Source of the DNA: Novosphingobium sp.
Lineage (GTDB): Bacteria > Pseudomonadota > Alphaproteobacteria > Sphingomonadales > Sphingomonadaceae
NCBI GenBank assembly: GCA_043758955.1
Contig: JAYVML010000200.1
Coordinates: 1 to 62,910, forward strand
DNA length: 62,910 bases
Direction: 5' to 3'
Shown: positions 1 to 12,363 of the stretch, in pieces
How positions within the stretch are numbered: the stretch's first letter is position 1
Layout: each line of letters begins with the position of its first letter
The notes under the pieces: generated by a model
Told to the model about the DNA's origin: nothing
What the model saw: only the letters and a program-made list of their open reading frames with translations
Databases searched by the model: none
Program-made: the position numbers and the translations under genes

Positions 1-23
1 CAGAGGAGGGGGCTGGGGGGTGG
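1..23. repeat. Probable right half of a GC-rich REP-like palindrome, cut by the window edge
   Basis: GAGGAGGGGGCTGGGGGGTGG just downstream of the murC stop; resembles CCCCTCC..GGAGGGG intergenic repeats; left arm not visible. Confidence 0.35.
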
Positions 24-39
24 TGCGTCGCAGAAGCGA

Positions 40-1452
40 TCATGCCGCCCTCCGCGCCATGATCGCGTCGGCCAGTCCAGCCGCCCACTTGGTAATATCG
101 CCCGCGCCAAGGCAGACCACCATGTCGCCCGGCTGGACCACTTCCGCCAGCGCCTCGGCCAGTTCCTCCGGCCCAGCGATGATCTGCGCACTGCGGTGCC
201 CACGCGCTTTCATGCCCTGGACCATCGTGTCCGAGCTGATCCCATTGATCGGCTGTTCACCGGCTGCATAGACCGGCGCAGCAAAGACCATGTCGGCATC
301 ATTGAACGCGCTTTCAAAGTCTTCGAGATGATCGCGCAGCCGGGTGTAGCGGTGCGGCTGGACCACCGCGATCACGCGCCCGGTGCCCACCCCTTCGCGC
401 GCTGCGGAAAGCACCGCACGGATCTCGACCGGGTGATGGCCATAATCGTCGATCACCGCCGCGCCATTGACTTCACCGACTTTGGTGAAGCGCCGTTTGA
501 CCCCGTGGAAGTTCGAGAAGCCGCCCTGGATTTCGCGGTCCTCGCAGCCCATTTCGGAAGCGACGGCCACCGCGGCAAGCGCATTTTGGACATTGTGCCG
601 CCCGGGCATTGGCAGATCGATCCCTTCGATCCGCCGTTGGCTGCCGTCGCGCTGGCGGATTACCGCATCGAACCGGTTGCCGCCGGGATAGGGCGTAACG
701 TTCTCACCGCGCACGTCGGCCTGCGCGGAAAAGCCGTAAGTTACCACGCGCCGATCACGCACGCGGGGGATTACCGCCTGCACCTCGGGATGATCGATGC
801 ACAGCACCGCACAGCCATAGAATGGCACATTCTCGATGAATTCGACAAACGCCTCTTTGACCGCATCAAAGCTGCCGTAGTGATCGAGGTGTTCGGGATC
901 GATATTGGTGACCACCGCGATGGTTCCGTCGAGCCGCAGGAAGCTGCCGTCGCTTTCATCGGCTTCGACCACCATCCACTCGCTCGTGCCGAGCCGCGCG
1001 TTCGAGCCGTAGGAATTGATGATCCCGCCGTTGATCACCGTGGGATCGACCCCGCCCGCGTCGAGCAGAGCTGCGACCATCGAGGTGGTGGTGGTCTTGC
1101 CGTGGGTGCCGGCCACCGCCACCGTGCGTTTTAGTCGCATCAGTTCGGCGAGCATTTCGGCGCGGCGCACCACCGGCACGCGCTGTTCAAGTGCCGCGGC
1201 CACTTCGGGGTTTGAGCGCTTGACCGCGGTCGAGGTTACCACCACCGCCGCATCTCCAAGGTTTTCCGCCGCATGGCCGATCATGACCTTGATCCCGCGC
1301 CCTCGCAGCCCTTCGACCACATAGCCTTCGGCGATGTCACTGCCCTGCACCCGGTAGCCCAGGTTGTGCATCACTTCGGCGATCCCGGACATGCCGATCC
1401 CGCCAATCCCGACGAAATGGATCGTGCCGATATCGATGCCAGCGCCTTTCAC
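40..1452 (-). CDS. murC: UDP-N-acetylmuramate--L-alanine ligase
   Basis: [29 protein letters not shown] and DDYGHHP motifs; GTG start at 1452 overlaps the murG stop (GTGA). Confidence 0.97.
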   Translation of the reverse strand: MKGAGIDIGTIHFVGIGGIGMSGIAEVMHNLGYRVQGSDIAEGYVVEGLRGRGIKVMIGHAAENLGDAAVVVTSTAVKRSNPEVAAALEQRVPVVRRAEMLAELMRLKRTVAVAGTHGKTTTTSMVAALLDAGGVDPTVINGGIINSYGSNARLGTSEWMVVEADESDGSFLRLDGTIAVVTNIDPEHLDHYGSFDAVKEAFVEFIENVPFYGCAVLCIDHPEVQAVIPRVRDRRVVTYGFSAQADVRGENVTPYPGGNRFDAVIRQRDGSQRRIEGIDLPMPGRHNVQNALAAVAVASEMGCEDREIQGGFSNFHGVKRRFTKVGEVNGAAVIDDYGHHPVEIRAVLSAAREGVGTGRVIAVVQPHRYTRLRDHLEDFESAFNDADMVFAAPVYAAGEQPINGISSDTMVQGMKARGHRSAQIIAGPEELAEALAEVVQPGDMVVCLGAGDITKWAAGLADAIMARRAA

Positions 1453-2612
1453 GCAATCTGCTCCTGCCCAGCGGCCTGGGCGATGTGCGCGGCGCTGATC
1501 ACATCCATCATCGGCGCACCACCGAAGCTTTCGACCAGGTCGGCGAGATCGTTGACCGCATTCGGATAGCCGCAGTTCCACGCCGCATGGGCCGCAGTGG
1601 CCAGCGTTTCGGGGTTCATTGCAATCGCTTGAATTTGCTTGGCCAGTTCGACCGGCGTGAAGCGGTCCTCCCGGATCATTCTTGCCCCGCCCATCGCGCA
1701 AACCTCGCGGGTGTTCGCCGCCTGGTGATCGTCAGTGGCAATCGGCAGCGGGACCAGGATCGCGGGGCGTCCCACTGCGGTCAGCTCGGCAATCGTCGAG
1801 GCCCCGGCACGGCCGATGAACAGGTGCGAATCCGCCAGCCGGCTGGCCATGTCTTCGAAATAAGTGCCCAGTTCGGCCGGAATTTCATGTCGGGCATAGC
1901 GCCCGCGCACCGCTTCGATATCTTCGGCGCGGCATTGCTGGGTAACCTGGAGCCGCCCGCGCAATGCCGGGGGCAACATCGCCAAGCCATCGGGCACCAC
2001 CGCCGACAGCACGCTCGCGCCCTGGCTGCCGCCGGTGACCAACACCCGTAGCAGTCCTTCTGTGCTGAACGGCGGGAACGGTTGTTCGCGCAGCGCCATT
2101 ACCTCAGCCCGCACCGGATTGCCGACGAGCTGCACCTTGGCGGCCAGTTTGGGCGCCAACCGCGCCACATCGCGGTACGAAGTGGCGATGGCGTTGACCC
2201 GCCCGGCCATCAAGCGATTGACTCGGCCCAGCACGGCGTTCTGTTCGTGGATCACGCTCGGCACGCCGGCGGTGGTTGCCGCCCACAGTGCCGGCAGTGC
2301 CGGATAGCCGCCAAACCCGATCACCGCGCTGGGCTGAAAGCTTTCGAACAGCCGCAGCGCCATGCGCTTGCCCTCGAACACCGCCGCGACCGCCTTGGGC
2401 CACAGCAGCGGGTTTTTGCCGAAGCGCCCCGCGGGCAGCACGTGGCTGACCAGTGTGGGCGGCTTGCCGGGCAGGCGGCTGCCACGATCATCAGTGATCA
2501 GCGCTACGTGATGCCCGCGCGCTTCCAGTTCGCTGGCCAGCGCGAAGGCCGGGATCAGGTGTCCGCCGGTGCCCCCGGCGGCCAGGACATAATGGCGCGA
2601 AACCGTGCTCAC
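1449..2612 (-). CDS. murG: Undecaprenyldiphospho-muramoylpentapeptide beta-N-acetylglucosaminyltransferase
   Basis: [36 protein letters not shown] motifs; dcw context. Confidence 0.97.
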   Translation of the reverse strand: MSTVSRHYVLAAGGTGGHLIPAFALASELEARGHHVALITDDRGSRLPGKPPTLVSHVLPAGRFGKNPLLWPKAVAAVFEGKRMALRLFESFQPSAVIGFGGYPALPALWAATTAGVPSVIHEQNAVLGRVNRLMAGRVNAIATSYRDVARLAPKLAAKVQLVGNPVRAEVMALREQPFPPFSTEGLLRVLVTGGSQGASVLSAVVPDGLAMLPPALRGRLQVTQQCRAEDIEAVRGRYARHEIPAELGTYFEDMASRLADSHLFIGRAGASTIAELTAVGRPAILVPLPIATDDHQAANTREVCAMGGARMIREDRFTPVELAKQIQAIAMNPETLATAAHAAWNCGYPNAVNDLADLVESFGGAPMMDVISAAHIAQAAGQEQIA

Positions 2613-3844
2613 TGGCGTGGCTCCGGTCGGCGTGGGCCAAGCTGGCGCAGCGAAAACTTCTCGCGCTTGATGTACGGATTGCGCCGGGTGATCGCCAGCA
2701 AAAAGCCTACCCCCAAGCAGATCGCGATGGTCGACGAGCCGCCATAAGAAATCAGCGGCAGGGTCATCCCCTTGGACGGGAACAGCTGCAGATTGACCAG
2801 GATGTTGATAAAAGCCTGCCCGCCCAATTGGGCGGTCAGGCCCGCAGCGGCCAGCGCGGTAAACAGGTCTTCCTCATCGAGCAGCCGCAGCAGCACCCGA
2901 GCCACCAGCGCCAGATACAGCATCACGATCACCGCGCAGGCGATCAACCCGAATTCCTCCCCAATCACCGAAAAGATATAGTCAGTATGTGCCTCGGGCA
3001 GGCCCAGCTTGCGGGTGCCGAGCCACAGGCCGGTGCCCGTCCAGCCCCCGCCCAGCAGGGTCCGCTGCGCCAAATCGACTTGATCGAACGCCGTCCCGCC
3101 CCCAATGAAACTGTCAATCCGGTTGCGCGCGTTATCGTAGAACGCATAGGCAAGCACCACGCCGCCCAAGCCGAACCCGCCGGCCAGACCGATGCGCTTC
3201 AGCGATATCCCCGACATCAGCACCATGACAAACCATACCCCGCCGAACAGGATCGTCGAACCGAAATCGGGCTGCGCCATCAGTAGCACCGCGATAAATC
3301 CCATCAGCCCGGTGCTGAGCTCGATCGCGGGCAGCCCCGGATCGCGCACCCGCCACGATAGAATCCATGCCAGGATGATGGCAAAAGCGGGTTTGAGGAA
3401 CTCAGATGGCTGAAGCGAAATCCCCAGGTTGATCCAGCGTTTGGCGCCATTAACGCTGGTCCCCACTACTGGCACCAGCATCAGCCCGATCAGCATGGCA
3501 AAGCCGAGCAGGATCCCGGTTCGGCGCGCTACATCGCGTGGCAGCATGCTGGTGCCAAACATCGCGATCAGCCCAAGGAACTGCCAACGCAAATGGATGT
3601 AGAAGAAGTGCAGCTCATCAAGGCGCACTTTGGAGGTCGACAACCGTCGCGCGCTGGCTGGGCTGGCTGCCGCCACTGCCGCAGTGCCGATCGCCATCAG
3701 GAGCAGCACAACTAGCAACAGGCCGCGATCGATTTCGCGCCACCAGATCGCCAGATCGCTGCGCCGACGCTGTTTGTGGTGCTGCACTCCGGCCGCAGCG
3801 GGCAACTGGCCGCCGCGCGGAACCAACGGTGGATTGGAAGCCAT
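2609..3844 (-). CDS. ftsW: SEDS peptidoglycan glycosyltransferase FtsW
   Basis: Multi-TM; GAKRW, QPSEFLK, QPDFG, LPEAHTDYIF, GMTLPLISYGGSS. Confidence 0.96.
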   Translation of the reverse strand: MASNPPLVPRGGQLPAAAGVQHHKQRRRSDLAIWWREIDRGLLLVVLLLMAIGTAAVAAASPASARRLSTSKVRLDELHFFYIHLRWQFLGLIAMFGTSMLPRDVARRTGILLGFAMLIGLMLVPVVGTSVNGAKRWINLGISLQPSEFLKPAFAIILAWILSWRVRDPGLPAIELSTGLMGFIAVLLMAQPDFGSTILFGGVWFVMVLMSGISLKRIGLAGGFGLGGVVLAYAFYDNARNRIDSFIGGGTAFDQVDLAQRTLLGGGWTGTGLWLGTRKLGLPEAHTDYIFSVIGEEFGLIACAVIVMLYLALVARVLLRLLDEEDLFTALAAAGLTAQLGGQAFINILVNLQLFPSKGMTLPLISYGGSSTIAICLGVGFLLAITRRNPYIKREKFSLRQLGPRRPEPRQ

Positions 3845-5193
3845 CAGAGCTGTCCTCCGGCAATCTTTGCAACGGTTTCGGGCGTGGCCAGAGCCTGCAC
3901 GATCTGCCGGAAGGTATCCCCGCGGGCTTCGTAGTCCCGGAACTGGTCAAAACTCGCGCAGGCTGGCGAGAGCAGCACCACATCGCCCGGGAGCGCCACA
4001 TCCATCGCCTGCCGGATCGCCTCGCACATCATTTCGCTGCGGGTAACCGGAAGCTGGCCTTCAAGCAGATCGGCGAACAGCGGCCCAGCTTCACCAATCG
4101 TGTAAGCCGCCGCCACATTGCCCAAAAACGACATACATTCGCCCAAGGAATCGCCCTTTGGCAGACCGCCTACGATCCAGTGGATGCGGCGGCGGGGATT
4201 GGGCGGAAACGCGGCCAGGGCGGGCGCAGCCGAAGCCGGATTGGTTGCCTTGCTATCGTTGATGAACATCACGCCGCCCACGTCGGCGACCCGCTCCATC
4301 CGATGCGGCAACCCGCGGAAGCTGGCGAGTGCGGGGCGCCATTGCTGCGCAGTCAGTCCCAGCGCATCGGCAATGGCCACTGCCACCGCCGCATTTTGCA
4401 GGTTATGCGGACCTTGCAGCGACGGCCAGTCAGCCTGCAACCCAGCCAGATCGCGGCCATCGACGACGCGCACCTTGGCCGCATCGCGCAATTGGCTTTC
4501 GCGCGCGGCGAGCGCTTGGGTCTTGGCGTCCGAGGCTCCGAACACAGCGAACTGATCGCTGCGCTGCATCGCGAACAACCGCGCCTTCGAAGCCGAGTAT
4601 CCGGCGAACCCATCGTACCGATCAAGGTGATCGGGGGTCAGATTGAGCAGCGCGGCGACATCGCATTGCAGCGTGTGCGTGAGGTCAAGCTGGTAGCTCG
4701 AAAGCTCGAGGATATAGACCCCGCCAGCATCGAGCGGGTTTTGCGTGAGGACTGGCAATCCGATGTTGCCGCCCATCCGGGTGGGCAAGGCGGCGCTTTG
4801 CACGATGTGGTGCAGCAGCGCGGTGGTGGTTGATTTTCCGTTGGTTCCGGTGATCCCGACCACGCGGTGCGCGGGCAAGTGGGGTCGGGCCTGCGCAAAC
4901 AGTTCAATATCGCCGATCACCGGCACGCCAAAACTTGTCGCCACCCCGGCTATCGGATGTTGATTGAGCGGCACCCCGGGCGAGACCACCACGCCGGCAA
5001 AACCCGTCAGATCGATCCCCACCGGGTCAGCCAGATCGCAGCGATTGCCCAGCGCGCGGCGTGGTTCCTCGCGGCTGTCCCACGCGGTCACTTGGGCGCC
5101 GCCCGCCAGCAGGCTATTGACCGCGGACATGCCCGAACGGGCCAAGCCGAGGACCGCATAACGCTTTCCGGCAAATGCGGGGGTGGTGATCAT
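3844..5193 (-). CDS. murD: UDP-N-acetylmuramoyl-L-alanine--D-glutamate ligase
   Basis: [56 protein letters not shown]. Confidence 0.97.
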   Translation of the reverse strand: MITTPAFAGKRYAVLGLARSGMSAVNSLLAGGAQVTAWDSREEPRRALGNRCDLADPVGIDLTGFAGVVVSPGVPLNQHPIAGVATSFGVPVIGDIELFAQARPHLPAHRVVGITGTNGKSTTTALLHHIVQSAALPTRMGGNIGLPVLTQNPLDAGGVYILELSSYQLDLTHTLQCDVAALLNLTPDHLDRYDGFAGYSASKARLFAMQRSDQFAVFGASDAKTQALAARESQLRDAAKVRVVDGRDLAGLQADWPSLQGPHNLQNAAVAVAIADALGLTAQQWRPALASFRGLPHRMERVADVGGVMFINDSKATNPASAAPALAAFPPNPRRRIHWIVGGLPKGDSLGECMSFLGNVAAAYTIGEAGPLFADLLEGQLPVTRSEMMCEAIRQAMDVALPGDVVLLSPACASFDQFRDYEARGDTFRQIVQALATPETVAKIAGGQL

Positions 5194-6260
5194 CGCAGCT
5201 TCAGCGTCGACAGCCCGATCAGCGCGAGCACGATCGAGACGATCCAGAAACGGATTACCACGGTGGCTTCCTGCCAGCCCAATTGTTCGAAGTGGTGATG
5301 GATCGGAGCCATCTTGAACACCCGTTTGCCGGTGCGTTTATAGACCGCGACCTGGATGATCACCGACACCGCCTCAAGCACAAACAGCCCGCCGACAATT
5401 CCCAGCACGATCTCGTGGTGCGCGGCAACTGCGATTGCGCCGAGCGCGCCGCCCAGCGCCAGACTGCCCGTATCGCCCATGAACACCGCCGCCGGCGGGG
5501 CGTTGAACCACAGAAAGGCAAGGCACGAACCCATGATCGCAGCGCACAGGATTGCGAGTTCGCCCGCGCCAGGTACGTGCGGAATACCCAGGTAATGCGC
5601 AAAGTCGGTCCGTCCGGCCAAATAGGCAATAATCGCAAAAGCACCGGCGGCGATCACCACCGGCATGGTCGCCAGTCCGTCAAGCCCATCGGTCAGGTTA
5701 ACCGCATTACCCGCGCCCACCATCACGATCGCGGCAAACGGGTAATAGAGAATGCCCAGCGGGATGTAATGATTGCTCAGCACCGGGACATAGAGGTTGG
5801 TGCCGACGTGGCTGACGATGATCCAGCTGGCGACCCCGGCCACCGCGAACTCAGCCAGGAGCCGCGTTCGGCCCGAAATTCCGGTTGAGCTGCGCTTCTT
5901 GATCTTGTCGTAATCGTCCAGGAAGCCGATCAATCCAAAGCCGCCGGTCACTGCCAGGCAGGCCCAGACGAATGGATCGCTGAGGTCCATCCACACCAGC
6001 ATGGCGATCAGCAGCGAGACCAGGATCATCAGTCCGCCCATCGTCGGCGTTCCACGTTTCGACAGGTGCGTTTGCGGCCCATCCGCGCGGATCGGCTGAC
6101 CCTTGCCCTGGCGCAGGCGCAACATGCTGATAAAGCGAGGACCGATCAGCAAGCCGATTACCAGCGCGGTCATCAGCGCCGCACCGGCACGAAAGGTCTG
6201 ATAGCGGATCAGGTTCGCCAGGCCTTCAAAGTGAAAGTAGTGCGCGATCAGGTAGAGCAT
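5190..6260 (-). CDS. mraY: Phospho-N-acetylmuramoyl-pentapeptide transferase
   Basis: [43 protein letters not shown]; ATG at 6260 (MLYLIA) chosen over the longer ORF. Confidence 0.97.
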   Translation of the reverse strand: MLYLIAHYFHFEGLANLIRYQTFRAGAALMTALVIGLLIGPRFISMLRLRQGKGQPIRADGPQTHLSKRGTPTMGGLMILVSLLIAMLVWMDLSDPFVWACLAVTGGFGLIGFLDDYDKIKKRSSTGISGRTRLLAEFAVAGVASWIIVSHVGTNLYVPVLSNHYIPLGILYYPFAAIVMVGAGNAVNLTDGLDGLATMPVVIAAGAFAIIAYLAGRTDFAHYLGIPHVPGAGELAILCAAIMGSCLAFLWFNAPPAAVFMGDTGSLALGGALGAIAVAAHHEIVLGIVGGLFVLEAVSVIIQVAVYKRTGKRVFKMAPIHHHFEQLGWQEATVVIRFWIVSIVLALIGLSTLKLR

Positions 6261-6268
6261 GCCTGATC

Positions 6269-7738
6269 CTAATCCTTCTGCTGCGCGAGCGCGGCGACCA
6301 GTGTCCCGAGCCCGACCGAGTTCGATCCTTTGACGAGGATCGCGTCGCCGCCTTCCAAGCCAAGCTCCCGCAAGCATTGCTGCGCATCGCGGGCGGTTCC
6401 GCAATGCGCGAAGCCCGGCGCCTTGCCAAGCAATGTCTGGCTCGCTTTCCCCAGTTCATCCGCCAGCACGCCCATCTCGTCGCCGACCAGAATTGCCTGG
6501 TCGATGGTCGCGGCGAGCAGCGGCTCGAGCAATGCGGAATGGTATGCCGGGCCGTGTTCGCCCAGCTCTTTCATCGCGCCCAGCACCGCGATCCGCCGCC
6601 GCGCAGGGGTCTGGCCCAGCTGCGCCAGCGTAGCGCGCATCGAGGCCGGGTTGGCGTTGTAACTTTCGTCGATCAGCAGCGCTCGGCCCGAACCATCGCC
6701 GCCGCGCGCCGACAACCATGTGCGCGCACCCCGACCCTTGAGTCCTGCCAGTTCGGCCAATGCCAGTCCGGCCGCGCCAAGGTCACCCCCAGCCGCCCGC
6801 ACTGCCGCGATCACCGCCAGCGAATTGTCCACCCAATGCTCGCCCGGTTCGGCAACGGTGTAGCAAATCCGGCGATCGCCAAGATCGGCGGTCACCAATG
6901 AGCCGCCGTTAGGGGCGGGAACCGCATCGAGCAGACGTACCGACGAATACGCCGCCCGGCCGAAGGACACCAGCGCGATCTTTTGATCGTCCGCCACATC
7001 CTTCAACCGGGCGTAATGGGGGCTGTCTGCCGGAACTATCGCGATCCCGCCGGGTTCCAGCCCCTGAAAAATCTCTGATTTGGCATCGGCAATCGCCTCT
7101 TCGCTGCCCAGCATCTCGATATGCGCGGGCGCAATCGTGGTGATCACGGCCACGTTCGGGCGCACCTGCCGGGTCAGTGCGGCGATCTCACCCGCATGAT
7201 TCATGCCCATTTCGAAAATGCCGTATTTGCTGCGCGTGGGCATCCGCGCTAGACTGAGCGGCACGCCGACATGGTTGTTGTAACTCTTGACCGAGCGGTG
7301 CGCCTGCCCCCGGCTGGCGCGGTCGAGTGCAGCGAAAATCGCTTCCTTGACTCCGGTCTTGCCAACCGATCCCGTCACTCCGATAATCTGGGCCGAACAA
7401 CGGCGACGCGCGGCTTTGGCGAGAAGCTCAAGCGCAATTGAGGTATCATTGACCAGCACATGCGGACCATCGACCGGGCGATCGACCACCACCGCTGCGG
7501 CGCCGCGCGCAAAGGCCATGGGCACGAATTTGTGGCCGTCCATCGCCTCACCCTTCAGGGCGAAGAACAGGTCGCCGGGCATCACATCGCGGCTGTCGAT
7601 CTCGACCCCCGAAACCTGAAATTGACCGACCGCGACCCCGCGCACAGCGCGCGCAATCTCCACCGCGTTCCACAGCGCGAGGCCCAGCTCGTCAGCGGTC
7701 TCTACCGGCCAGGGCAGGATCTTGGCCAAAGCATTCAT
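6269..7738 (-). CDS. murF: UDP-N-acetylmuramoyl-tripeptide--D-alanyl-D-alanine ligase
   Basis: [39 protein letters not shown]; ATG 7738 overlaps the murE stop. Confidence 0.96.
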   Translation of the reverse strand: MNALAKILPWPVETADELGLALWNAVEIARAVRGVAVGQFQVSGVEIDSRDVMPGDLFFALKGEAMDGHKFVPMAFARGAAAVVVDRPVDGPHVLVNDTSIALELLAKAARRRCSAQIIGVTGSVGKTGVKEAIFAALDRASRGQAHRSVKSYNNHVGVPLSLARMPTRSKYGIFEMGMNHAGEIAALTRQVRPNVAVITTIAPAHIEMLGSEEAIADAKSEIFQGLEPGGIAIVPADSPHYARLKDVADDQKIALVSFGRAAYSSVRLLDAVPAPNGGSLVTADLGDRRICYTVAEPGEHWVDNSLAVIAAVRAAGGDLGAAGLALAELAGLKGRGARTWLSARGGDGSGRALLIDESYNANPASMRATLAQLGQTPARRRIAVLGAMKELGEHGPAYHSALLEPLLAATIDQAILVGDEMGVLADELGKASQTLLGKAPGFAHCGTARDAQQCLRELGLEGGDAILVKGSNSVGLGTLVAALAQQKD

Positions 7739-9192
7739 GCTGCGCACTCCCGGGCAACGGTTACATCGTCGAACGGCAGCACGCGCAGCGCTGCGCCCGC
7801 CCCGATTATCTGGCCCTGTTCGTGGCCCTTGCCCGCGATCAGCAAGATGTCGTCGCGGCCAGCACAGGCAATCGCGGCGGCAATCGCGGTGCGACGCTCT
7901 CCGCCATCGCGCAGCTTACCTAGTCCGCCCGCCATGATCGCAGTGCGGATCGCAGCTGGCTCTTCGCCGCGCGGATTGTCATCGGTAACGATGCCGAGGT
8001 CAGCCTGCTCGGCCGCAATGCGGCCCATCTCGGGGCGTTTGCCTTGATCGCGATCGCCGCCCGCTCCCAGCACGACGATTAGGCGGTTTGTGCAATGCGG
8101 GCGCAGCGCGGCAATCGCTGCAGCGAGCGCATCGGGGGTATGGGCATAATCGACATAGATCGGCGCGCCCGCGCGGCTGATCGCGGCGCGCTCGAGCCGC
8201 CCGCGCACCGGCTGCAAGCGGCTCAGCGCTTCGAACACGCGGCCAGACTCGCCGCCAGTAGCCAACACCAGCCCGGCCGATAGCAGGGCATTCGCAGCCT
8301 GATAGGCCCCGATCAGCGGCAATTGCACGGTGTACTGAGTGCCGCCGAATTCGATTGCGAGAGTCTGCCCGAGCTGGGTTGGGGCGCGCGTCAACAGCTT
8401 GATGCCGGTTTCGTCAGCACGCTCGCCCACGCCCAATATGCGCAATCCACGCTTTGCAGCATGGGCTACTGCGCGCGCCGCCCACGGATCGTCCAGCCAC
8501 ACCACTGCGGTGCCTGCTTGATCGACCACTTCGTCGAACAGCCGCATCTTGGCGGCGAAATAATCGTCCATGTCGGCGTGATAATCGAGGTGATCGCGGC
8601 TGAAGTTGGTGAACCCAGCGGCCACCACTTTCAGACCTTCGTTGCGATACTGCGATAGTCCGTGGCTCGACGCTTCATAAGCGACATGCGTCACCCCTTC
8701 GCGCGCCAGCCCGCTCATGTTGGCGAGGAAGGTGACGATATCGGGCGTGGTTAGCCCGGTTGAGATGCTTTCGTCGGCGGTGGTTACCCCCAACGTGCCG
8801 ATCGAGGCCGCGCGCTCGCCCGCCATCCGCCAGATTTGGCGAGTCATCTCAACGCACGAGGTTTTACCGTTGGTCCCGGTCACCGCGACGATCGTTGCAG
8901 GCACCGGGGAGAAAAAACCGGCAGCTAGCTGAGCGAAGGTGCGGCGCGGATTATCGTTGGCAAGGTGCACCGCACCATCGACTTGCGCCTCGGCCCGCGC
9001 CACTACTGCCACCGCCCCGGCAGCGACTGCGGCCGGAATGAAGCTCTCGCCGTTTACCTGCGTGCCAACGAACGCTCCGAACACGGTTCCCGGCGCCACC
9101 TTGCGGTGATCAATCGCGAACCCGGTGACCTGCGCATCGCTGCCGCCCGGCAAGGCTATCCCCGCCCGGCTTGCCAGCGCGCCCAGCTTCAC
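7735..9192 (-). CDS. murE: UDP-N-acetylmuramoyl-L-alanyl-D-glutamate--2,6-diaminopimelate ligase
   Basis: TGTNGKTS, LTTP, EASSHGL, DHLDYH, DYAHTPD, DNPR (mDAP-type), GKGHE. Confidence 0.97.
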   Translation of the reverse strand: MKLGALASRAGIALPGGSDAQVTGFAIDHRKVAPGTVFGAFVGTQVNGESFIPAAVAAGAVAVVARAEAQVDGAVHLANDNPRRTFAQLAAGFFSPVPATIVAVTGTNGKTSCVEMTRQIWRMAGERAASIGTLGVTTADESISTGLTTPDIVTFLANMSGLAREGVTHVAYEASSHGLSQYRNEGLKVVAAGFTNFSRDHLDYHADMDDYFAAKMRLFDEVVDQAGTAVVWLDDPWAARAVAHAAKRGLRILGVGERADETGIKLLTRAPTQLGQTLAIEFGGTQYTVQLPLIGAYQAANALLSAGLVLATGGESGRVFEALSRLQPVRGRLERAAISRAGAPIYVDYAHTPDALAAAIAALRPHCTNRLIVVLGAGGDRDQGKRPEMGRIAAEQADLGIVTDDNPRGEEPAAIRTAIMAGGLGKLRDGGERRTAIAAAIACAGRDDILLIAGKGHEQGQIIGAGAALRVLPFDDVTVARECAA

Positions 9193-10916
9193 TCACCGTC
9201 TCCGCTGCCGATCAACGGGGCGAGGTCAGAGATGTCAACATCGCGGGTGGCGTCGGGCATGATTCCCAGCAGCGGCCCAATCCGCGGGACCAGCCGGCCC
9301 ACCAGCGGTGCAGCGTTCCACGCGGCGGTGCGCTGCCCCGAACTCGCGGCAGTAGCCTTCGGTTCGTCCAGCATGGCGATGATCACATAGCGCGGATGAT
9401 CCATCGGGAAAGCAGCGGCGAAGGTCGAGACAATGTTGGTTTTTTGATAGCCGTGCGCGCCCGGCTTTTCGGCCGATCCGGTTTTGCCGCCCACGCGGTA
9501 GCCGGCGGCATTGGCTTTGCGCCCGGTGCCCAGATCGACAATCAGCCGCAGCAATTGGCGCATCCGGGCACTGGTCGAGGCTTTAAATACCCGCCGTCCC
9601 GCCACATCGGTTCCGGGCTGGACTTTAATCAGCGTGGCCGGGCGCCAGATCCCGCCGTTGACTATCGCCGCATAAGCTTCGGCCAAGTGCAGCGGAGTAA
9701 TCGCCAGGCCATGGCCGTAGGATACGGTCATGGTCGTAATCCGTGACCAGTTGCCGCCCGGCCAAATCGGGAAGCCGCGCGCGGGCAGCTCGATATATGG
9801 ACGCTCGTTCATGCCCAGCGCGCGCATTGTCGCACTGAGCCGTTCGCCGCCCAGTTCGTCGCCCACTTGCGCGGTGACGATGTTGGACGAATGGATCAGG
9901 GCTTCAGGGACATTAAGCGAAGCGCCGAAGTTGTGGCTATCGTGGATTTGAAACCCGCCGATCGAGATCGGACGTGAAGATTGATAACGCCGCGACAAGT
10001 CAGTCACCACCCCGGCATCGATCGCGGACGCAATCGTGATCGGCTTCACGACAGATCCCAATTCGTAAACCTGGTTGGTCACGCGGTTGAAGATGTTGGC
10101 CTCGCCCGCGCGGTCGATCAGATTGGGGTTGAACGAGGGTAAGGATGCCAGCGCGACCACTTCGCCAGTATCGACATCGAGGATCACGCCGGCCGCACCC
10201 TTGGCATTGGTATCGAGCATCGTACGCGACATTTCATCTTCGAGCGCGCCCTGCACCCGCGTGTCGATGGCCAGCACAGCGGGCACACCGCGCGATTTGG
10301 GGTCGGTCAAGCGCTGGTTGAACACCTCTTCCATACCAACGTGCCCCTGCCCGTCCGCGCCGACGAACCCTAACACGTGCGCCGCCATCGAACCTTGCGG
10401 ATAAAACCGCTCGGTTTCGCGCGGGAACTCCAGCGCGGGCTCGCCCAGGGAATGGATCTTGTTGGCATCTTCGGGCATAATCCGGCGGCGCAGATAGCCC
10501 GGTTTGCCATCAGCGAGGCGGCGGGTCATATCAGCCACATCGAGATCGGGGAAAATCCGGCTTAGCGCGGCGGCGACTTGCGCAGGGCTGTGCACCAGCG
10601 GCGGTCCGTCTCCGCCCAGCGCCGCCGGGTTGTACCACAGCGCGTAGGCTGGGAACGCCCGCGCCAGCGGCACGCCATTACGATCGGTGATATCGCCGCG
10701 CTGCGGCTGTAATGCGGCGGCTAGATCAGCCGCGCTGGGCAGGCCCTCGAACAGCCCTAAATACCCCAGCCGCAGCATCGCCGCCATCGCAATTGCAGCG
10801 AACCCCAGCACCACCCATAGCACCCGCCACTTGGCCATCAGCAGGCTGCGGGTGCGCACATTGACCAGATCGCGGCGCCCGGAGCTAATCGCAGAGGAGA
10901 CGGCGATGCTGGTCAT
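9189..10916 (-). CDS. ftsI: Penicillin-binding protein 3 (septal transpeptidase)
   Basis: N-terminal TM, RGDITDRNG, SxxK (SVVK), SxN (SSN), KTG. Confidence 0.95.
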   Translation of the reverse strand: MTSIAVSSAISSGRRDLVNVRTRSLLMAKWRVLWVVLGFAAIAMAAMLRLGYLGLFEGLPSAADLAAALQPQRGDITDRNGVPLARAFPAYALWYNPAALGGDGPPLVHSPAQVAAALSRIFPDLDVADMTRRLADGKPGYLRRRIMPEDANKIHSLGEPALEFPRETERFYPQGSMAAHVLGFVGADGQGHVGMEEVFNQRLTDPKSRGVPAVLAIDTRVQGALEDEMSRTMLDTNAKGAAGVILDVDTGEVVALASLPSFNPNLIDRAGEANIFNRVTNQVYELGSVVKPITIASAIDAGVVTDLSRRYQSSRPISIGGFQIHDSHNFGASLNVPEALIHSSNIVTAQVGDELGGERLSATMRALGMNERPYIELPARGFPIWPGGNWSRITTMTVSYGHGLAITPLHLAEAYAAIVNGGIWRPATLIKVQPGTDVAGRRVFKASTSARMRQLLRLIVDLGTGRKANAAGYRVGGKTGSAEKPGAHGYQKTNIVSTFAAAFPMDHPRYVIIAMLDEPKATAASSGQRTAAWNAAPLVGRLVPRIGPLLGIMPDATRDVDISDLAPLIGSGDGE

Positions 10917-11416
10917 TCGCTGCGGCTTGCGCGGACGTCGACATGGCTGAGCCGATCGCGCAGGGTGGCGGCGGTGGTCGCCTTGGCCTCGCCGTGTTTG
11001 GACGGTTCAGCAGCCATGGCCTTGCCCGACAAGGGTGAGACCATCGCGGGCAGGCCGCTATCGTCGTCCGAAATGGCAGCGCTGGCGACGCGGATCGGGC
11101 TGGGCGCATCCGGGCTGCGCGCCTTGCCCAGCGTAGCGAGCTGGCGCTCGCCTTCAAGATATTGCCCAGCGGTTGGCGCTTGATAGCCAAACTCTACGTC
11201 GTTGAGCGACTTCAACTGCTGCTGGTTAGCGCGGGTTTCAAATTCGGTTTCGAGAAACAGCTTCTGCTGCTTGGTCGCCGCGATCTGGCGCTCGGCCAGC
11301 CGCACCTGGCTTTTGACCGCGTTGACTTTGAAGGTCAGTACCATGGTCATGGTAAAACAAAACATCAGCACCGCGGCCCAGCCAATCGAGCGCAGGCGAT
11401 CTTGCGTGAGGTTCAT
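10913..11416 (-). CDS. ftsL: FtsL-like cell division protein
   Basis: Single TM followed by coiled coil, between rsmH and ftsI. Confidence 0.75.
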   Translation of the reverse strand: MNLTQDRLRSIGWAAVLMFCFTMTMVLTFKVNAVKSQVRLAERQIAATKQQKLFLETEFETRANQQQLKSLNDVEFGYQAPTAGQYLEGERQLATLGKARSPDAPSPIRVASAAISDDDSGLPAMVSPLSGKAMAAEPSKHGEAKATTAATLRDRLSHVDVRASRSE

Positions 11417-12363
11417 GCGGCCCTCCGTTCGCGCGGGCTGGCGCCAGTGCGGGTGGCGGCGCGCAGCGTGGCCGAGCGGGCCCGCGGATTGCGCGCCAGT
11501 TCGGCGTCAGACGGACGGACCGCTTTGCCCAATGCAGTGAAAGTCGGCGCGAATGCAGGCGCGCTTTGCGGCAAGTGGCGCGAAGCATTGGCGAGCGCGC
11601 CGCTGGCATCGCGCAGGAACTGCTTGACGATCCGGTCTTCCAAACTGTGGAAGCTGACCACCGCCAGTTTGCCGCCGGGACGCAGCAGCATCTCGGCGGC
11701 GTTCAGCCCGCTGATCAGTTCATCGAGCTCGGCGTTGATATGGATCCGGATCGCCTGAAAGCTGCGGGTGGCGGGATCCTTGGGCGCACCGGGATGATAG
11801 CCCAGCGCCTTGCGCACAACTTGCGCCAGCTGACCGGTGGTCTCGAGCGGACGCGCTGCCACAATCGCGCGCGCGACGCGGCGCGACTGGCGTTCTTCGC
11901 CAAAGGTGTAGAGCACGTCGGCAATCTCGCTCTCCGCAGCGCCGTTGAGGAAATCGGCGGCGCTGGTCCCCTCCTGCCCCATTCGCATGTCGAGCGGCCC
12001 GTCGAGCGAGAAGGCGAACCCGCGGTCTGCCTGATCGAGCTGCATCGAGGACACTCCGATGTCCATCACCAGCCCATCAACCCGCGCGACGCCGGTCGCG
12101 CCAAGCGCATCGACCATTTCGGAAAACCGGCGCGGGTGCAGCACCAGCCGGGGCGGGCTTTGAGCAAGCTCGGCCCAATCCTGCGCTGCGGAAATCGCGG
12201 CAGGATCGCGATCGAAGGCGTGTACATTGGCTCCGGCGTCGAGCAACCGGCGGGTGTAACCACCCGCGCCGAACGTGGCATCGACGATTACTGCGCCGTC
12301 GAGCGGCGACAAGGCCGCGATCACTTCATCGAGCAGGACGGGAGTGTGAGCAGCCCCGCTCAT
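11413..12363 (-). CDS. rsmH: 16S rRNA m4C1402 methyltransferase
   Basis: [49 protein letters not shown]. Confidence 0.97.
   Translation of the reverse strand: MSGAAHTPVLLDEVIAALSPLDGAVIVDATFGAGGYTRRLLDAGANVHAFDRDPAAISAAQDWAELAQSPPRLVLHPRRFSEMVDALGATGVARVDGLVMDIGVSSMQLDQADRGFAFSLDGPLDMRMGQEGTSAADFLNGAAESEIADVLYTFGEERQSRRVARAIVAARPLETTGQLAQVVRKALGYHPGAPKDPATRSFQAIRIHINAELDELISGLNAAEMLLRPGGKLAVVSFHSLEDRIVKQFLRDASGALANASRHLPQSAPAFAPTFTALGKAVRPSDAELARNPRARSATLRAATRTGASPRERRAA

Noticed and set aside
40-1701. Extended N-termini in the ORF track (murC, mraY, nagZ, argS, ccmA, FAH, amidohydrolase and others)
   Set aside because: The extensions overlap neighbouring genes or repeats; downstream starts match family N-termini and coupling patterns.
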